Source: Ilumatobacter sp. (GTDB lineage Bacteria > Actinomycetota > Acidimicrobiia > Acidimicrobiales > Ilumatobacteraceae). From it: DNA of 53,943 bases. Positions 28,430 to 38,257 of this stretch are shown piece after piece. Each line of letters begins with the position of its first letter. Positions within the stretch are counted from its first letter, which is position 1. A program made the position numbers and the translations under genes. The notes beneath the pieces were generated by a model that worked only from the letters and a program-made list of their open reading frames with translations, was not told where the DNA came from and made no database searches. Where the stretch lies: assembly GCA_047610085.1 (NCBI GenBank), contig JBLFZD010000001.1:1-53943 (forward strand), in the 5' to 3' direction.

Positions 28430-29451
28430 AGGAGGCTATTCGGGCACACATCTCGCCACGCAGGAACGTCGCCGATGGTGCAGGCTGAGATGACGGCGTG
28501 TGTACACGCCGCAGCGAAGACGTCAGCGGAGACACGCAGCAGAGCATTGAGGACCTCAAGGCGATGCGGGCTCTCCGTTGCGTCGTAGCCAGGTACGTCG
28601 GCGTCGCCGGTTGCAAGCGCAAATACCGTGTCGCCGTCGGTCATCGAGTGCGCTGGTCGGATCGCTCGGGCCAGGCCGTCGTGAGCGGTGGCGGCAAGTT
28701 TTGAGCATTCGGACTTGGTGAGCCGCGCAGAGACAGCAACCACTCCAATGGTCGTGTTGAGGCTGGTTTCGGCTTGACCAGTAAAGGAGCTGAGTAGCGC
28801 CGCTCGCTCGGCGCTGCTCGGTCGCTTGATCCCAAGCCCCGATGGTTCCCACGGGATCCCAGACACGGGGTCGATCGCCGATCCATTCGCGTTGACCACG
28901 GCGAGCGCGCCGACGATGTACTCGAAGTCGCCGACCCGAACTGGCTGGCTCGCAGTGCCAACGCCCCCCTGCAGGCCCCCGGCCCGAGCTCCGGTGCCCG
29001 CCCCAACCGCGCCCCAGCCCGGAGTCGGTCGTCGAGCGAGTGCCCGCCGAGCAGCTCGGTATCCGAAGGTGCGGTCTGGACGGTTGGTGAAGCTGCCGCC
29101 CCGGCCGAGGTCGAAGATCACGGCGCCCGGCACGACCGGCACCACGTGTTCGGCGATTGGAAAGCCCAGACCGGCTTCCTCGAGCACTTCGACGACGCCA
29201 TCTGCTGCAGCGAGCCCGTACGCACTGCCACCAGTGAGGGTGACCGCGTGAATGGTCTGGATGAGGTTCTCGGGGTGGAGTGCGTCGGTTTCACGAGTGC
29301 CCGGGCCTCCGCCACGAACGTTGACACCGGGAGTTGCCCCGCCTGGTGCGGCCACCACCGTCGTGCCGGTTTGCCAGCCGCGGCCGACCCGTTGATGATG
29401 CCCGACGCCGATACCGGGCACGTCGACGATTGATCCAAGAGGTGTCTTCAC
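28426..29451 (-). CDS. P1/S58 (DmpA/OAT superfamily) amidohydrolase, Thr-nucleophile type
   Basis: DVPGIGVGH, RGGGPGTRETD, LTGGSAYGL, GAVGAGTGA, SLNTTIGVV, HDGLARAIRPAH, DGDTVFA. Confidence 0.9.
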   Translation of the reverse strand: MKTPLGSIVDVPGIGVGHHQRVGRGWQTGTTVVAAPGGATPGVNVRGGGPGTRETDALHPENLIQTIHAVTLTGGSAYGLAAADGVVEVLEEAGLGFPIAEHVVPVVPGAVIFDLGRGGSFTNRPDRTFGYRAARRALARRPTPGWGAVGAGTGARAGGLQGGVGTASQPVRVGDFEYIVGALAVVNANGSAIDPVSGIPWEPSGLGIKRPSSAERAALLSSFTGQAETSLNTTIGVVAVSARLTKSECSKLAATAHDGLARAIRPAHSMTDGDTVFALATGDADVPGYDATESPHRLEVLNALLRVSADVFAAACTHAVISACTIGDVPAWRDVCPNSLL

Positions 29452-29458
29452 GATGATG

Positions 29459-30835
29459 TCACTTCCACAGTTCGCGCAGTTCGGACTCAGGGTCATCGAC
29501 GACCCGTGGATCGGGGCCGATGATCTGCGTGGAACGAGTCGGGACTTCGAACGTCGGCCACGGCGCCTCGCCGGTGCGGGCGAATGCAATCAGTGCGTCG
29601 CACAACTGGTCGGCCACCGCGGGAAGCCCCGGGCCCGTGCCAACGAAGAGGTCTGCACCGGTTGCCCCGAGGTTGTGGAACACAAAGGGAAGGTCGAGGG
29701 CGTGGCAGCTCCCGAACAGACCGTTGAACGCCGTGGATTCCTGATGGAACTCGTAGACCCACGTGTTGTTGTCAGCGGCAAATCGTTGCTCGGCAATCCG
29801 CTGGGCTGGACGTCGGAAGACCTCGTCGGTCTGCATGGCCGAGACCAGTTGGCTGTGGCTCGATTCAGGACGATGACGAGCGTAGGCGTCGGCAGCGTTG
29901 GCACCATTGATAAATCGGCGGGAGAATTCGCGCTCGACAACGGTGTCGTTCCACTCGGATCGGGTCGGGTCGAACGCGGTGAAGAGCAGCATCTCGTCAC
30001 GGTTGGTGCCGATGACGACGGCGCGAGAATCGGTCGCGACGTGACCGAGGATCGGTTCCGGGACGGCCTCGGTTCCGTCGGTCGGAGCGAAGTTCTTGAG
30101 TCCGGCCATTTCTGGCATCTTCGATTGAGCATCGAGGAGCACATCGAGGGAGACATCGTTCATGCCGCGGGCGTCGGTCCCGACCAGGTCGAGGAACACC
30201 TGTTCAAGTTCGGCCCCCTGTTCGCTGTTGCGGAGCTGAAGGATCGATGGGCTGAGGGCCCAAACCCGATGAAACAGGTTGTCCGCAATTGGTGCGGCCA
30301 TCAGCGAGAGCACGGCTGAGCCGCCCGCAGACTCGCCGAAGATCGTGACGTTGGACGGATCACCGCCGAAGCTGGCGATGTTGCGTTGGACCCATCGAAG
30401 CGCCGATATTTGGTCGAGTGTTCCGAGGTTGCGGTCGCCCAGGAATCCGAGCGCACCGAGTCGATAGTTGATGGTGACCACGACGATGTTGCCCCGTTCA
30501 GCAAGCGCTCGCCCGTCGTACCAGGCCATGGAGCCGCTACCGGTCACATAGGCGCCGCCGTGAATGAACAACACAACGGGCCGCTTGCTGTCGTCGCAAG
30601 CGGGGGTGGTGACATTGAGAAAGTGGCAATCCTCCGAGCTGGCCGATTTGTCCGATCCAAGCAGTCGTTCGAGTGCCCCGCCGACCTGCGGGGCCTGAGC
30701 GCCAAACGTCGAGGCATCGAACCCAGGATCCCAACGATCGACGTCGATGGGCGCTTGCATCCGTCCTGCTCGGGCATAACGGACGCCCCGAAATTGGGTA
30801 CTCGTGCCGTTATCGATTCCTGCGATGTTGATCAC
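29459..30835 (-). CDS. Type B carboxylesterase
   Basis: SEDCHFLNV, IHGGAY, NYRLG, FGESAGG, GTNRDE, CHALDL. Confidence 0.92.
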   Translation of the reverse strand: MINIAGIDNGTSTQFRGVRYARAGRMQAPIDVDRWDPGFDASTFGAQAPQVGGALERLLGSDKSASSEDCHFLNVTTPACDDSKRPVVLFIHGGAYVTGSGSMAWYDGRALAERGNIVVVTINYRLGALGFLGDRNLGTLDQISALRWVQRNIASFGGDPSNVTIFGESAGGSAVLSLMAAPIADNLFHRVWALSPSILQLRNSEQGAELEQVFLDLVGTDARGMNDVSLDVLLDAQSKMPEMAGLKNFAPTDGTEAVPEPILGHVATDSRAVVIGTNRDEMLLFTAFDPTRSEWNDTVVEREFSRRFINGANAADAYARHRPESSHSQLVSAMQTDEVFRRPAQRIAEQRFAADNNTWVYEFHQESTAFNGLFGSCHALDLPFVFHNLGATGADLFVGTGPGLPAVADQLCDALIAFARTGEAPWPTFEVPTRSTQIIGPDPRVVDDPESELRELWK

Positions 30836-30874
30836 CGACCTGAACCTAGGTCGTCGGGCCTCGGCGCGCCGCGG

Positions 30875-32542
30875 TCAGGAGGCGACCGGTGCCTTCTCGG
30901 CAGCGGCGCAGGTCGCGGTCAGCCACTCGACACGCTCGCGCATGACGTCGAGGCCAGGCTGCGCAGGGCAATCGGACAAGCTCGAACGCGGGCGGTCGAA
31001 CACCATGTGGCGCGGATCGGACACGTCGTAGGTTGGCCAGGCGTCACGCCCGGGGGAGTCAGGTCGGCCGGTCGCAGCAAACGCAAACCAGCGATCGCCC
31101 ATCTCACGGACGAGCAGGTGCCCATCCTCAGCGGCGGGGACCAGCGGGAACGTCGTATCGAATACGTACAGGATTTCCGCCGCGTGAAAGGCCCCGGCCG
31201 TTTGCGTCTTCGAAGCCGGAACCGCCTGGAAGAAGTAGCGGTACGCAGGGTGGCCTTGGGCACTGTGGCAGCGGGTTGCGTGATCGACGTGCACCCCGAA
31301 CATGTGGTCACCGGCGTGGCGAATGCGGGCATCGAGGTCGTCGTCGGTGAGGCCCGGATATGCAGTCAGGACGCGATCGACATGGTCCGACGTTGGATAC
31401 GAGCGAGCAAGGGTGCTGCCGACGTCCGCCGGGGCGACCACCGAGCCATCTGCGGGCGGTTCGAACTCGGCGCCGGCGGGGTGCATGAACGGTGCCAAGA
31501 GCGAACCCTCATCGCTGTTGTAACCGATCATTAGTGGTACCGGTGCCTGTGTGCCGTTGGTGAACGCACTCATCGGCGTCGTGGGGAGCACGTTGCGATC
31601 GACAACGGGGTAGAAGTAGCGCCCGATCTCCGGATGGGTTCGGTACAGCTCGTAAATCTTGTCGGCGTCCATCGCCCGAAGCCGCTCGAGCTGTCCGTCG
31701 CCGGGGCCCGCGACGAGGTCGCCGAACCGGGCACCAGCTACGACCGCTGGGTCGAAGTCGAGGACCGGTTGGTCGAGGTGGAGCCACCGGCCGCTATCGC
31801 TCGGGCTCTGTGCGATCGCCTGGTGAAACAGCCCGCGTGCGCTGGGCGCGGTCATCAGATTGAGGACCGCTTCTCCGCCAGCCGATTCGCCGAAGATCGT
31901 GACGTTGTCGGGGTTGCCACCAAAGGCCGAGATGTTGTCTCGGACCCATTCGAGGGCGGCGATCTGATCGAGGAGGCCGTAGTTGCCCGACACGCCGTTG
32001 GGGGACTCGGCAGAGAGCTCCGGGTGGGCCAGGAAGCCGAACAAGCCGAGACGGTAGTTGATGGTGACCAGGACGCACCCTCGCTCCGGAAGCGCATCGC
32101 TCTGGTACATCGGCTCGGCGCCGCTGCCGTCGGTGTGGTCACCGCCGTGGATCCAGACCATCACCGGCAAGTCTTGGGCATGACGAGGGGTGCGGATGTT
32201 GAGCGTGAGGCAGTCTTCGCTTTCCTTGGTGGGGGCCATTTTGATCGCTGTGCTGAGTGCCCGACGGCGTGCGGCTCCGAGCCCCAACCCCTTGACGAGC
32301 CCGTTGAAGAACTCCTCGAACCCGGCTGCGCGTTGATGAGCCGAGGGCGCGAACTTGGTGCAGTCGAGTTCTCCCGACCAGGATTCGGCCGGCGATGGGG
32401 GCTGCCAACGGCGTTCGCCCACGGGTGGGGCTGCGTACGGCACGCCTCGGTAGTACTCGATGCGTCCGGAGGAGGAGAGCTTGCCTTTCACGGTTCCCGG
32501 ATGGGTCTCGATGGTGACGGAGCGTTTTCGCAATCGGGCCAT
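30875..32542 (-). CDS. Type B carboxylesterase (second, tandem paralogue)
   Basis: GVPYAAPP, SEDCLTLNI, IHGGD, NYRLG, FGESAGG, GYNSDEG, FHAAEI; start placed at ATG 32542. Confidence 0.92.
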   Translation of the reverse strand: MARLRKRSVTIETHPGTVKGKLSSSGRIEYYRGVPYAAPPVGERRWQPPSPAESWSGELDCTKFAPSAHQRAAGFEEFFNGLVKGLGLGAARRRALSTAIKMAPTKESEDCLTLNIRTPRHAQDLPVMVWIHGGDHTDGSGAEPMYQSDALPERGCVLVTINYRLGLFGFLAHPELSAESPNGVSGNYGLLDQIAALEWVRDNISAFGGNPDNVTIFGESAGGEAVLNLMTAPSARGLFHQAIAQSPSDSGRWLHLDQPVLDFDPAVVAGARFGDLVAGPGDGQLERLRAMDADKIYELYRTHPEIGRYFYPVVDRNVLPTTPMSAFTNGTQAPVPLMIGYNSDEGSLLAPFMHPAGAEFEPPADGSVVAPADVGSTLARSYPTSDHVDRVLTAYPGLTDDDLDARIRHAGDHMFGVHVDHATRCHSAQGHPAYRYFFQAVPASKTQTAGAFHAAEILYVFDTTFPLVPAAEDGHLLVREMGDRWFAFAATGRPDSPGRDAWPTYDVSDPRHMVFDRPRSSLSDCPAQPGLDVMRERVEWLTATCAAAEKAPVAS

Positions 32543-32657
32543 ACGGACAGTCTCACCCATTCGAACGATCGGCTGCGACACGACGAGACGAACACCTTGT
32601 GAGGCGAGCGGAATCGGTGAGAACCTACTCCGACGCAGAATCCCGTAGGTTTGCTGC

Positions 32658-33299
32658 GTGCTTGAGCGAGATCCTGTCGCCGTCTCGCCGTTCCGGCGCC
32701 TGATGACCGGAGTTAAGCGTGCCTCCGGGGAGGGCGTGCACCGGGCCTGGGACCTCGCCGTGGAACTCGGAGCGATTGGGCCCGACACTCGCCGTGGTCG
32801 ACGCTTTGGGTTCATGGGCGTGAATAGTGTGATCTGTTTTCCACCGAACACGCTGTTCAACGAACAGTTCATCCATATCGGTGCGGGCACCATGTTCGGG
32901 CCACAGGCCACGCTGTCCGCCGGGATGGTCCCGGGGCAAGACATGATCACGAATCCCGTGGTGTCGGTCGGCGATCGATGCCTTTTTGGAAAGGGAACCG
33001 GGATCGTTGGCCATCTGAGAATTGAAGTTGGCGACGATGTGTGGACCGGTCACCACGTCTACATCACCGACCAGAACCATGGGTACGACGATCTTGATCT
33101 CCCGATCTCCAAACAGGTGATGCCCGAGCGCCCAGTAAAAATCGGCAGCGGGTCCTGGCTCGGCCACGGAACCGTCGTACTACCAGGCGCTCAGATCGGT
33201 CGACACGTGGTGGTCGGCGCGAACAGCGTCGTGACGGGAACACTGCCCGACAATTGCATCGCAGCGGGTGTCCCCGCACGCGTGATCAAACAGTTGTGA
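32658..33299 (+). CDS. Hexapeptide-repeat (left-handed beta-helix) acyltransferase
   Basis: ITDQNHG, VKIGSGSWLG, VLPGAQIG, VVGANSVVT, AGVPARV. Confidence 0.9.
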   Translation: MLERDPVAVSPFRRLMTGVKRASGEGVHRAWDLAVELGAIGPDTRRGRRFGFMGVNSVICFPPNTLFNEQFIHIGAGTMFGPQATLSAGMVPGQDMITNPVVSVGDRCLFGKGTGIVGHLRIEVGDDVWTGHHVYITDQNHGYDDLDLPISKQVMPERPVKIGSGSWLGHGTVVLPGAQIGRHVVVGANSVVTGTLPDNCIAAGVPARVIKQL

Positions 33300-33305
33300 T
33301 CATCG

Positions 33306-33896
33306 TTAGTTGAGTACGCCGCGGCGAGGAGGTGCACAGCTCGGCATCTCGTTGTCGCCGGCGAACGACTCAAGGCGCTCGGTGATCGGGATCCCCTCGA
33401 CCGGGGTCTCGGTGTACGGAACGTTCTGACCGTCGCGGAGGCGGTCCGCGTAGTCGTAGCGATCCTGAAGAAGCGTTCGGTAGTCCGTTATCCAGTCGGG
33501 AACGATTGCCTGACCCTTTGCATCGGCCGGCTCGACGGAGATCAAGTCGTCAAGCATGTCCGACATCATGTCGGTCGACTGAACGACGAGGTCAGCTCGT
33601 GCAGTGAGGTCGCCCGTTGCTTGCAGGTTGAGCCGGCGAACCGACATCTTCACGGGTTCGCAGATTGCTTCGGCCCGCGCAGCCCAGGAGCGGTCTTCGA
33701 TTTTGTTAACCGAGGTCTTGTCGATGAGGAAAAGCGCCCAGAACCAGAAGGAGGCAAACGCCAACGCCCCGACGACGAACAGGACGCGCAGCGGCGTGAA
33801 AACGCGAGTGTTCGGCTCAAGTCCGTAGTCCCCATCGGTGAGTCCTCGGCCCGCCTTTGCGTTGGAGATCGTGTCGGCGTCGTCAGGTGTCACCAC
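33306..33896 (-). CDS. Hypothetical membrane-anchored protein
   Basis: One TM segment (LFVVGALAFASFWFWALF) then a helical domain with two Cys; start uncertain (33893-33902). Confidence 0.7.
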   Translation of the reverse strand: MVTPDDADTISNAKAGRGLTDGDYGLEPNTRVFTPLRVLFVVGALAFASFWFWALFLIDKTSVNKIEDRSWAARAEAICEPVKMSVRRLNLQATGDLTARADLVVQSTDMMSDMLDDLISVEPADAKGQAIVPDWITDYRTLLQDRYDYADRLRDGQNVPYTETPVEGIPITERLESFAGDNEMPSCAPPRRGVLN

Positions 33897-33939
33897 AATC
33901 ACTGACGATATGTGCGCTGCACGCTGGTAGAAACGCGGC

Positions 33940-35682
33940 GTGGGGAGTCGTGACATATCACCAGAGTCGCGCCTGCGCAAGAACGGGCGACTGATTTGGT
34001 CGATGCTCTCATTGCATCCCAAGTCGTTTGGGTTGTCGTTTGCGGGAGCGGGGGTGTTTGCACTCGCCACCGTTGCGTCGAGTTTCGCGATTCGTTGGGT
34101 GATCGACAACGTGATCCTGCCACGGTTCGATGAGGGCGAGGTTGGCGTCGGCGCTGTGGTGACCGGTGTGGTGATGATCATCGGTATCGGTGTGGTGCGT
34201 GCCGTCGGCGTCGTTTTCCGTCGGGCCTTCGCCTCAGCGGGTATGTGGCAAGTGGCCGAGACCTACACGAATCAAGTTGTCGACCGCCTGGTACGTCAGC
34301 CCGTCAGCTGGCATCGCCAACACGCCGATGGTGACCTGGTCGCTCGCGCCGGTGTCGACACCGAGACGACGGTGAGCGTCATCGCTCCCATTCCCTTCGC
34401 GTCCAGCACGGTTGTGATGATCGTGGTGTCGACGATCTGGCTCTTCATCACCGACGTGCCACTTGGCATCGTCGCCATCATTGTCTTTCCCTTAGTGGTC
34501 GTAACGAACGTGGTGTACGAGCGCTCGGTCTCCTCTCACTACACGCGAGCACAGGAACAGCTGGGCGTCTTCTCTGCCGCTGTTCACGAGAGCTTCGAGG
34601 GCGTCCAGTTGGTGAAGGCATACGGGGCGCAAGCGCGCGAGACCACGCGTCTGGCGGTTCTCGCCGACGATGTTCGTAGCTCACGCGTTGAAGCAATCGG
34701 CCGACGCAGTTGGTTCGATGCACTGACCGACATGATTCCCGCACTCGCGAACATCGCTTTGGTGCTGCTTGGGGCAATCCGAGTGAACTCGGGCGACGTC
34801 ACGGTCGGCGAATTTTCCAGCGTGATCTTCTTGTTCACCCTGCTGGTTTTGCCGCTCCGCCTTATTGGTTACGCACTCTCAGAGCTTCCTCGCTCGATGG
34901 CGGCCTGGGTGCGGATCCAGGCAGTGGTGACCGAGCCGGTTTTGCCCGATCCGCTCGACTCGGTGGGGCGCCCCGAAGCAGGTCTTGGGGTTGTGCTCGA
35001 TGGCGTCGGGTTCACCCATACTGGGTCGGCCGCTCCGGTGCTGAGCGACGTCAACTTGCGTCTCGCGCACCGCACCATCACCGCGCTTGTTGGCCCCACT
35101 GGGTCGGGTAAGTCGACGTTGGCCGACCTGATGCTCGGGCTCACTACGCCCACGACCGGCACCGTGGCGCTGGCCACCGGTGCACGTTCGATCGTGTTGC
35201 AAGAGGCATTCCTCGTCGCTGGAACGGTGCGCGAGAACATTTCCTTTGGCGGAACGCCCACCGACGACGAAATTTGGAATGCACTGCACTTGGCAGCCGG
35301 CGACGAGTTCGTCCGGGCGCTGCCGGACCAACTCGACACCGTCGTTGGGGAGCGAGGGGTCAGCTTGAGTGGTGGTCAGCGTCAGCGTGTTGCACTCGCT
35401 CGTGCGCTCGTGCGAACACCGACGATCCTGGTGCTTGACGACACGACGTCGGCGCTGGACCCATCGACCGAAGCGATTATCCTCGAACGACTCCGCTCGG
35501 CGCTCGATGCCACCGTGGTATTGATTGCCTCGCGCCCGTCCACGATCGCGCTGGCCGACGATGTGGTCTTCATGGCGAGTGGCAAAGTCGCGGCTCATGG
35601 AACCCATGAACACCTGCTCCGGACCGAAGCTGGCTACCGCGAGATCGTCGAAGCGTTCGAGTCGGATCGGGCCGGGTTTTGA
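33940..35682 (+). CDS. ABC exporter subunit (TMD-NBD fusion) with degenerate catalytic residues
   Basis: Multi-TM N-terminus; GPTGSGKS, LSGGQ, Walker B ILVLDD, H-loop replaced (IASR). Confidence 0.92.
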   Translation: MGSRDISPESRLRKNGRLIWSMLSLHPKSFGLSFAGAGVFALATVASSFAIRWVIDNVILPRFDEGEVGVGAVVTGVVMIIGIGVVRAVGVVFRRAFASAGMWQVAETYTNQVVDRLVRQPVSWHRQHADGDLVARAGVDTETTVSVIAPIPFASSTVVMIVVSTIWLFITDVPLGIVAIIVFPLVVVTNVVYERSVSSHYTRAQEQLGVFSAAVHESFEGVQLVKAYGAQARETTRLAVLADDVRSSRVEAIGRRSWFDALTDMIPALANIALVLLGAIRVNSGDVTVGEFSSVIFLFTLLVLPLRLIGYALSELPRSMAAWVRIQAVVTEPVLPDPLDSVGRPEAGLGVVLDGVGFTHTGSAAPVLSDVNLRLAHRTITALVGPTGSGKSTLADLMLGLTTPTTGTVALATGARSIVLQEAFLVAGTVRENISFGGTPTDDEIWNALHLAAGDEFVRALPDQLDTVVGERGVSLSGGQRQRVALARALVRTPTILVLDDTTSALDPSTEAIILERLRSALDATVVLIASRPSTIALADDVVFMASGKVAAHGTHEHLLRTEAGYREIVEAFESDRAGF

Positions 35683-37487
35683 TGGCAGTTGGGTTCAGCT
35701 CCAGTGTCGACACCGACGAGACGGTGATCTCCACGATTCGGCGCGGCCTGCACGAAGCACCCGTGCTGCGCAACGGGCTGCGGCTCACCTTTTTGCTCGC
35801 CGCGATTGGGTCCGGCGGCCGTGTCGTCGTACCGATCCTGATTCAACAGGCGATTGACAACGGCATTGGCAGTGACGGCGACTTGACGGTTGAAGGCTCG
35901 GTTGATGTGGCCTTCGTCGCACGGCTTGCGGTCATCGGGCTTGTGGCGGTTCTGATCGCAGGCATCGCATTCCGTCAGGCATCGGTCCGCCTTGGCGAAC
36001 GCAGCGAGCGGGCGCTCTACGACCTACGTGAACGCCTCATTGGACACATCCACGCGTTGAGCCTCGCCGACCACAGCGAAGAGCGACGTGGTGGGCTCGT
36101 TGCTCGGGTCACCTCCGACATTGAAACACTCGCCCAGTTTTTCCAATGGGGAGGCATGGCCTGGATGCGCAACTCGGCACTCATGATCATCGTGTCAGGA
36201 GTGATGGTGGCGTACGACCCGCTGTTGGCAGGGGTCTCGTTCGTTGTCGCCTTCCCGCTTGCGTTCGTGCTCCGGGCCGTTCAAAAACGCTTGGTGGTTG
36301 CGCACGGCGAAGCACGAGAACGCAATGGTGAAATGCTCGGCGCAGTTGCCGAGGTCGTGTCTGGGGCAACGACCATTCGCGCCTACGAGGCCGGTGAGCA
36401 CATGGGTGGGATTGTGCGTGAGGCAACGCACCGCAAGGCCCGTCAGCAGATTCGGGCAGCGTGGATCGGTGCCTTCCTGTTCCCATCAGGAGAAGTCTTC
36501 TCGGTGTTCACCGTCTCGGCGGTGATCGTGGTTGGCGTTGTGCGAGGCCCCGGTGGGGGATTGACCGCCGGCGCGATCGTGGGCTTCATCTTCTTGACGT
36601 ATCGTTTCCTCGAACCCATTGCCGAGTTCACCGAGATCATCGATCAGACCCAGACCGCGGTTGCCGGATTGCGGCGAGTGTTATCGGTACTCGACATGCC
36701 AATCGGGCCGCCGGCGGCTTCCAATCCGGTCGAGCTGCCTGCGGGTGCTCTAGAGATTGTTGTTGACCATCTCACGTTCAGTTATCCAAACACCAACATT
36801 GATGTGCTGCGTGACATCGATGTCGTGATTCCTGCCGGTCAACAGGTTGCCATGGTTGGATCAACGGGGTCTGGCAAGACCACGTTGGGCCGATTGATGG
36901 CTCGATTCACCGATCCGAATGAGGGCGCGATCTCCGTAGGAGGCGTCGACCTTCGAGATGTCGACCCTGCGCATCTTCGTGACCGTCTCATCGTCGTGTC
37001 GCAGGAACCGTTTCTCTTCAACGCATCGATTGCGGCCAACATCGGCTTCGCCCGGCCGGACAAAACCCCGGCCGAAATCGCCGCGGTGATCGCCGACCTC
37101 GGAGCCACCGAATGGATCGATGCGCTCGCGGGCGGGTTGGAAACCAAGGTCGGTGAACGCGGCGAATCCTTGTCGGCCGGTGAGCGCCAGCTCATTGCCT
37201 TGATTCGAGCCGGGCTCGCTGACCCGGACGTGCTGATCCTCGATGAGGCCACCTCATCGGTGGACGCGCTCACCGAGGTCCGGATTGCTCGAGCCCTTGA
37301 GCGCTTGTCCTCGGGCCGAACAACGATCGCGATTGCCCACCGATTGTCTACCGCTGCTCGTTCGGACCGTGTGCTCGTGCTCGCTGACGGAGTCCTCGTT
37401 GAAGACGGTCACCATGATGAGCTCGTCGCTGCAAACGGGACCTACCGGTCGTTGTACGACGACTGGGTGTCGGCCACAACGGTGTAA
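35682..37487 (+). CDS. ABC exporter subunit (TMD-NBD fusion), heterodimer partner
   Basis: GSTGSGKT, LSAGE, ILDE, IAHRL; start overlaps the upstream stop. Confidence 0.92.
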   Translation: MAVGFSSSVDTDETVISTIRRGLHEAPVLRNGLRLTFLLAAIGSGGRVVVPILIQQAIDNGIGSDGDLTVEGSVDVAFVARLAVIGLVAVLIAGIAFRQASVRLGERSERALYDLRERLIGHIHALSLADHSEERRGGLVARVTSDIETLAQFFQWGGMAWMRNSALMIIVSGVMVAYDPLLAGVSFVVAFPLAFVLRAVQKRLVVAHGEARERNGEMLGAVAEVVSGATTIRAYEAGEHMGGIVREATHRKARQQIRAAWIGAFLFPSGEVFSVFTVSAVIVVGVVRGPGGGLTAGAIVGFIFLTYRFLEPIAEFTEIIDQTQTAVAGLRRVLSVLDMPIGPPAASNPVELPAGALEIVVDHLTFSYPNTNIDVLRDIDVVIPAGQQVAMVGSTGSGKTTLGRLMARFTDPNEGAISVGGVDLRDVDPAHLRDRLIVVSQEPFLFNASIAANIGFARPDKTPAEIAAVIADLGATEWIDALAGGLETKVGERGESLSAGERQLIALIRAGLADPDVLILDEATSSVDALTEVRIARALERLSSGRTTIAIAHRLSTAARSDRVLVLADGVLVEDGHHDELVAANGTYRSLYDDWVSATTV

Positions 37488-37518
37488 TCGTCGCTGGATG
37501 GCAACCCGGCCTGGCGGA

Positions 37519-38235
37519 TCAGTTGCCGGAATCGAGATCGATGCCGAAGGGGCGAGGGCCCTTGACGTCCGACACGGTGCATTCGAGTTCCTGCATCCGC
37601 AGGTCCTCGGTGACGACAAACTCCGCCGTGCCTCCTGGCGGGATGTCGTGGACGGTGGTCGTGGCGCTGCGTCGGTTGTCGAAGCTGACCTCGATGGTGT
37701 ACGAACGTTCGTCGTTTTCGAGATTCGAGATGGTCCCCACCGCTTGGGTTTTCCCGTCCGCCACGGTGCAATCGGTGACCGTTGCGGTGTAGTTGCCCGG
37801 CTTTTCGAATCGCTCCACCGCTTGCAGAAGGCTCACGGACAACCAGATTCCCCCAACGGCGAAGAGGATGCCGACGAGCCCGGTCACGATCCCGACGGTC
37901 GATCCGCTCGCAGCGTTTGGATACTTGCGGCGTTTGAAACCCAGAGCGATCGCTGCGATTGCGAGGCCGAGGCCGACGAAGCAGATAAGCGGGATCCACG
38001 CAATTGTCATCGACACGATGCCGAGCACCATCGGAACGACGCCGGAAGGGCCTGGGGCGATGCTGTCACCGGCGCCCAGCGGCTCCACTGCCCGAATTCC
38101 AGCGGTCGACACATCGCCGGTCCAGGTCTGGCCGTTGTAGTAACGCAAATCGTGTGACCCGTCAGGATCCGGGTACCAGCCCGATGCCCCGTTCGGCACC
38201 GGCGACGTCCCGTCGTTGGTCGATCCATTTGGCAC
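37519..38235 (-). CDS. DUF2510/DUF4190-like membrane protein
   Basis: SGWYPDPDG..LRYYNGQTWT (DUF2510-like), TM segments, C-terminal beta domain with a Cys pair. Confidence 0.8.
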   Translation of the reverse strand: MPNGSTNDGTSPVPNGASGWYPDPDGSHDLRYYNGQTWTGDVSTAGIRAVEPLGAGDSIAPGPSGVVPMVLGIVSMTIAWIPLICFVGLGLAIAAIALGFKRRKYPNAASGSTVGIVTGLVGILFAVGGIWLSVSLLQAVERFEKPGNYTATVTDCTVADGKTQAVGTISNLENDERSYTIEVSFDNRRSATTTVHDIPPGGTAEFVVTEDLRMQELECTVSDVKGPRPFGIDLDSGN

Positions 38236-38257
38236 AGCGCCAACATAGTGTGACGCC
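38236..38257. promoter_or_regulatory. Bidirectional leaderless-type promoter with overlapping -10 elements
   Basis: AACATAGTGT: TATGTT on - and TAGTGT on + share the TA at 38246-38247; each lies 6 nt from a GTG (38235 -, 38258 +). Confidence 0.6.
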
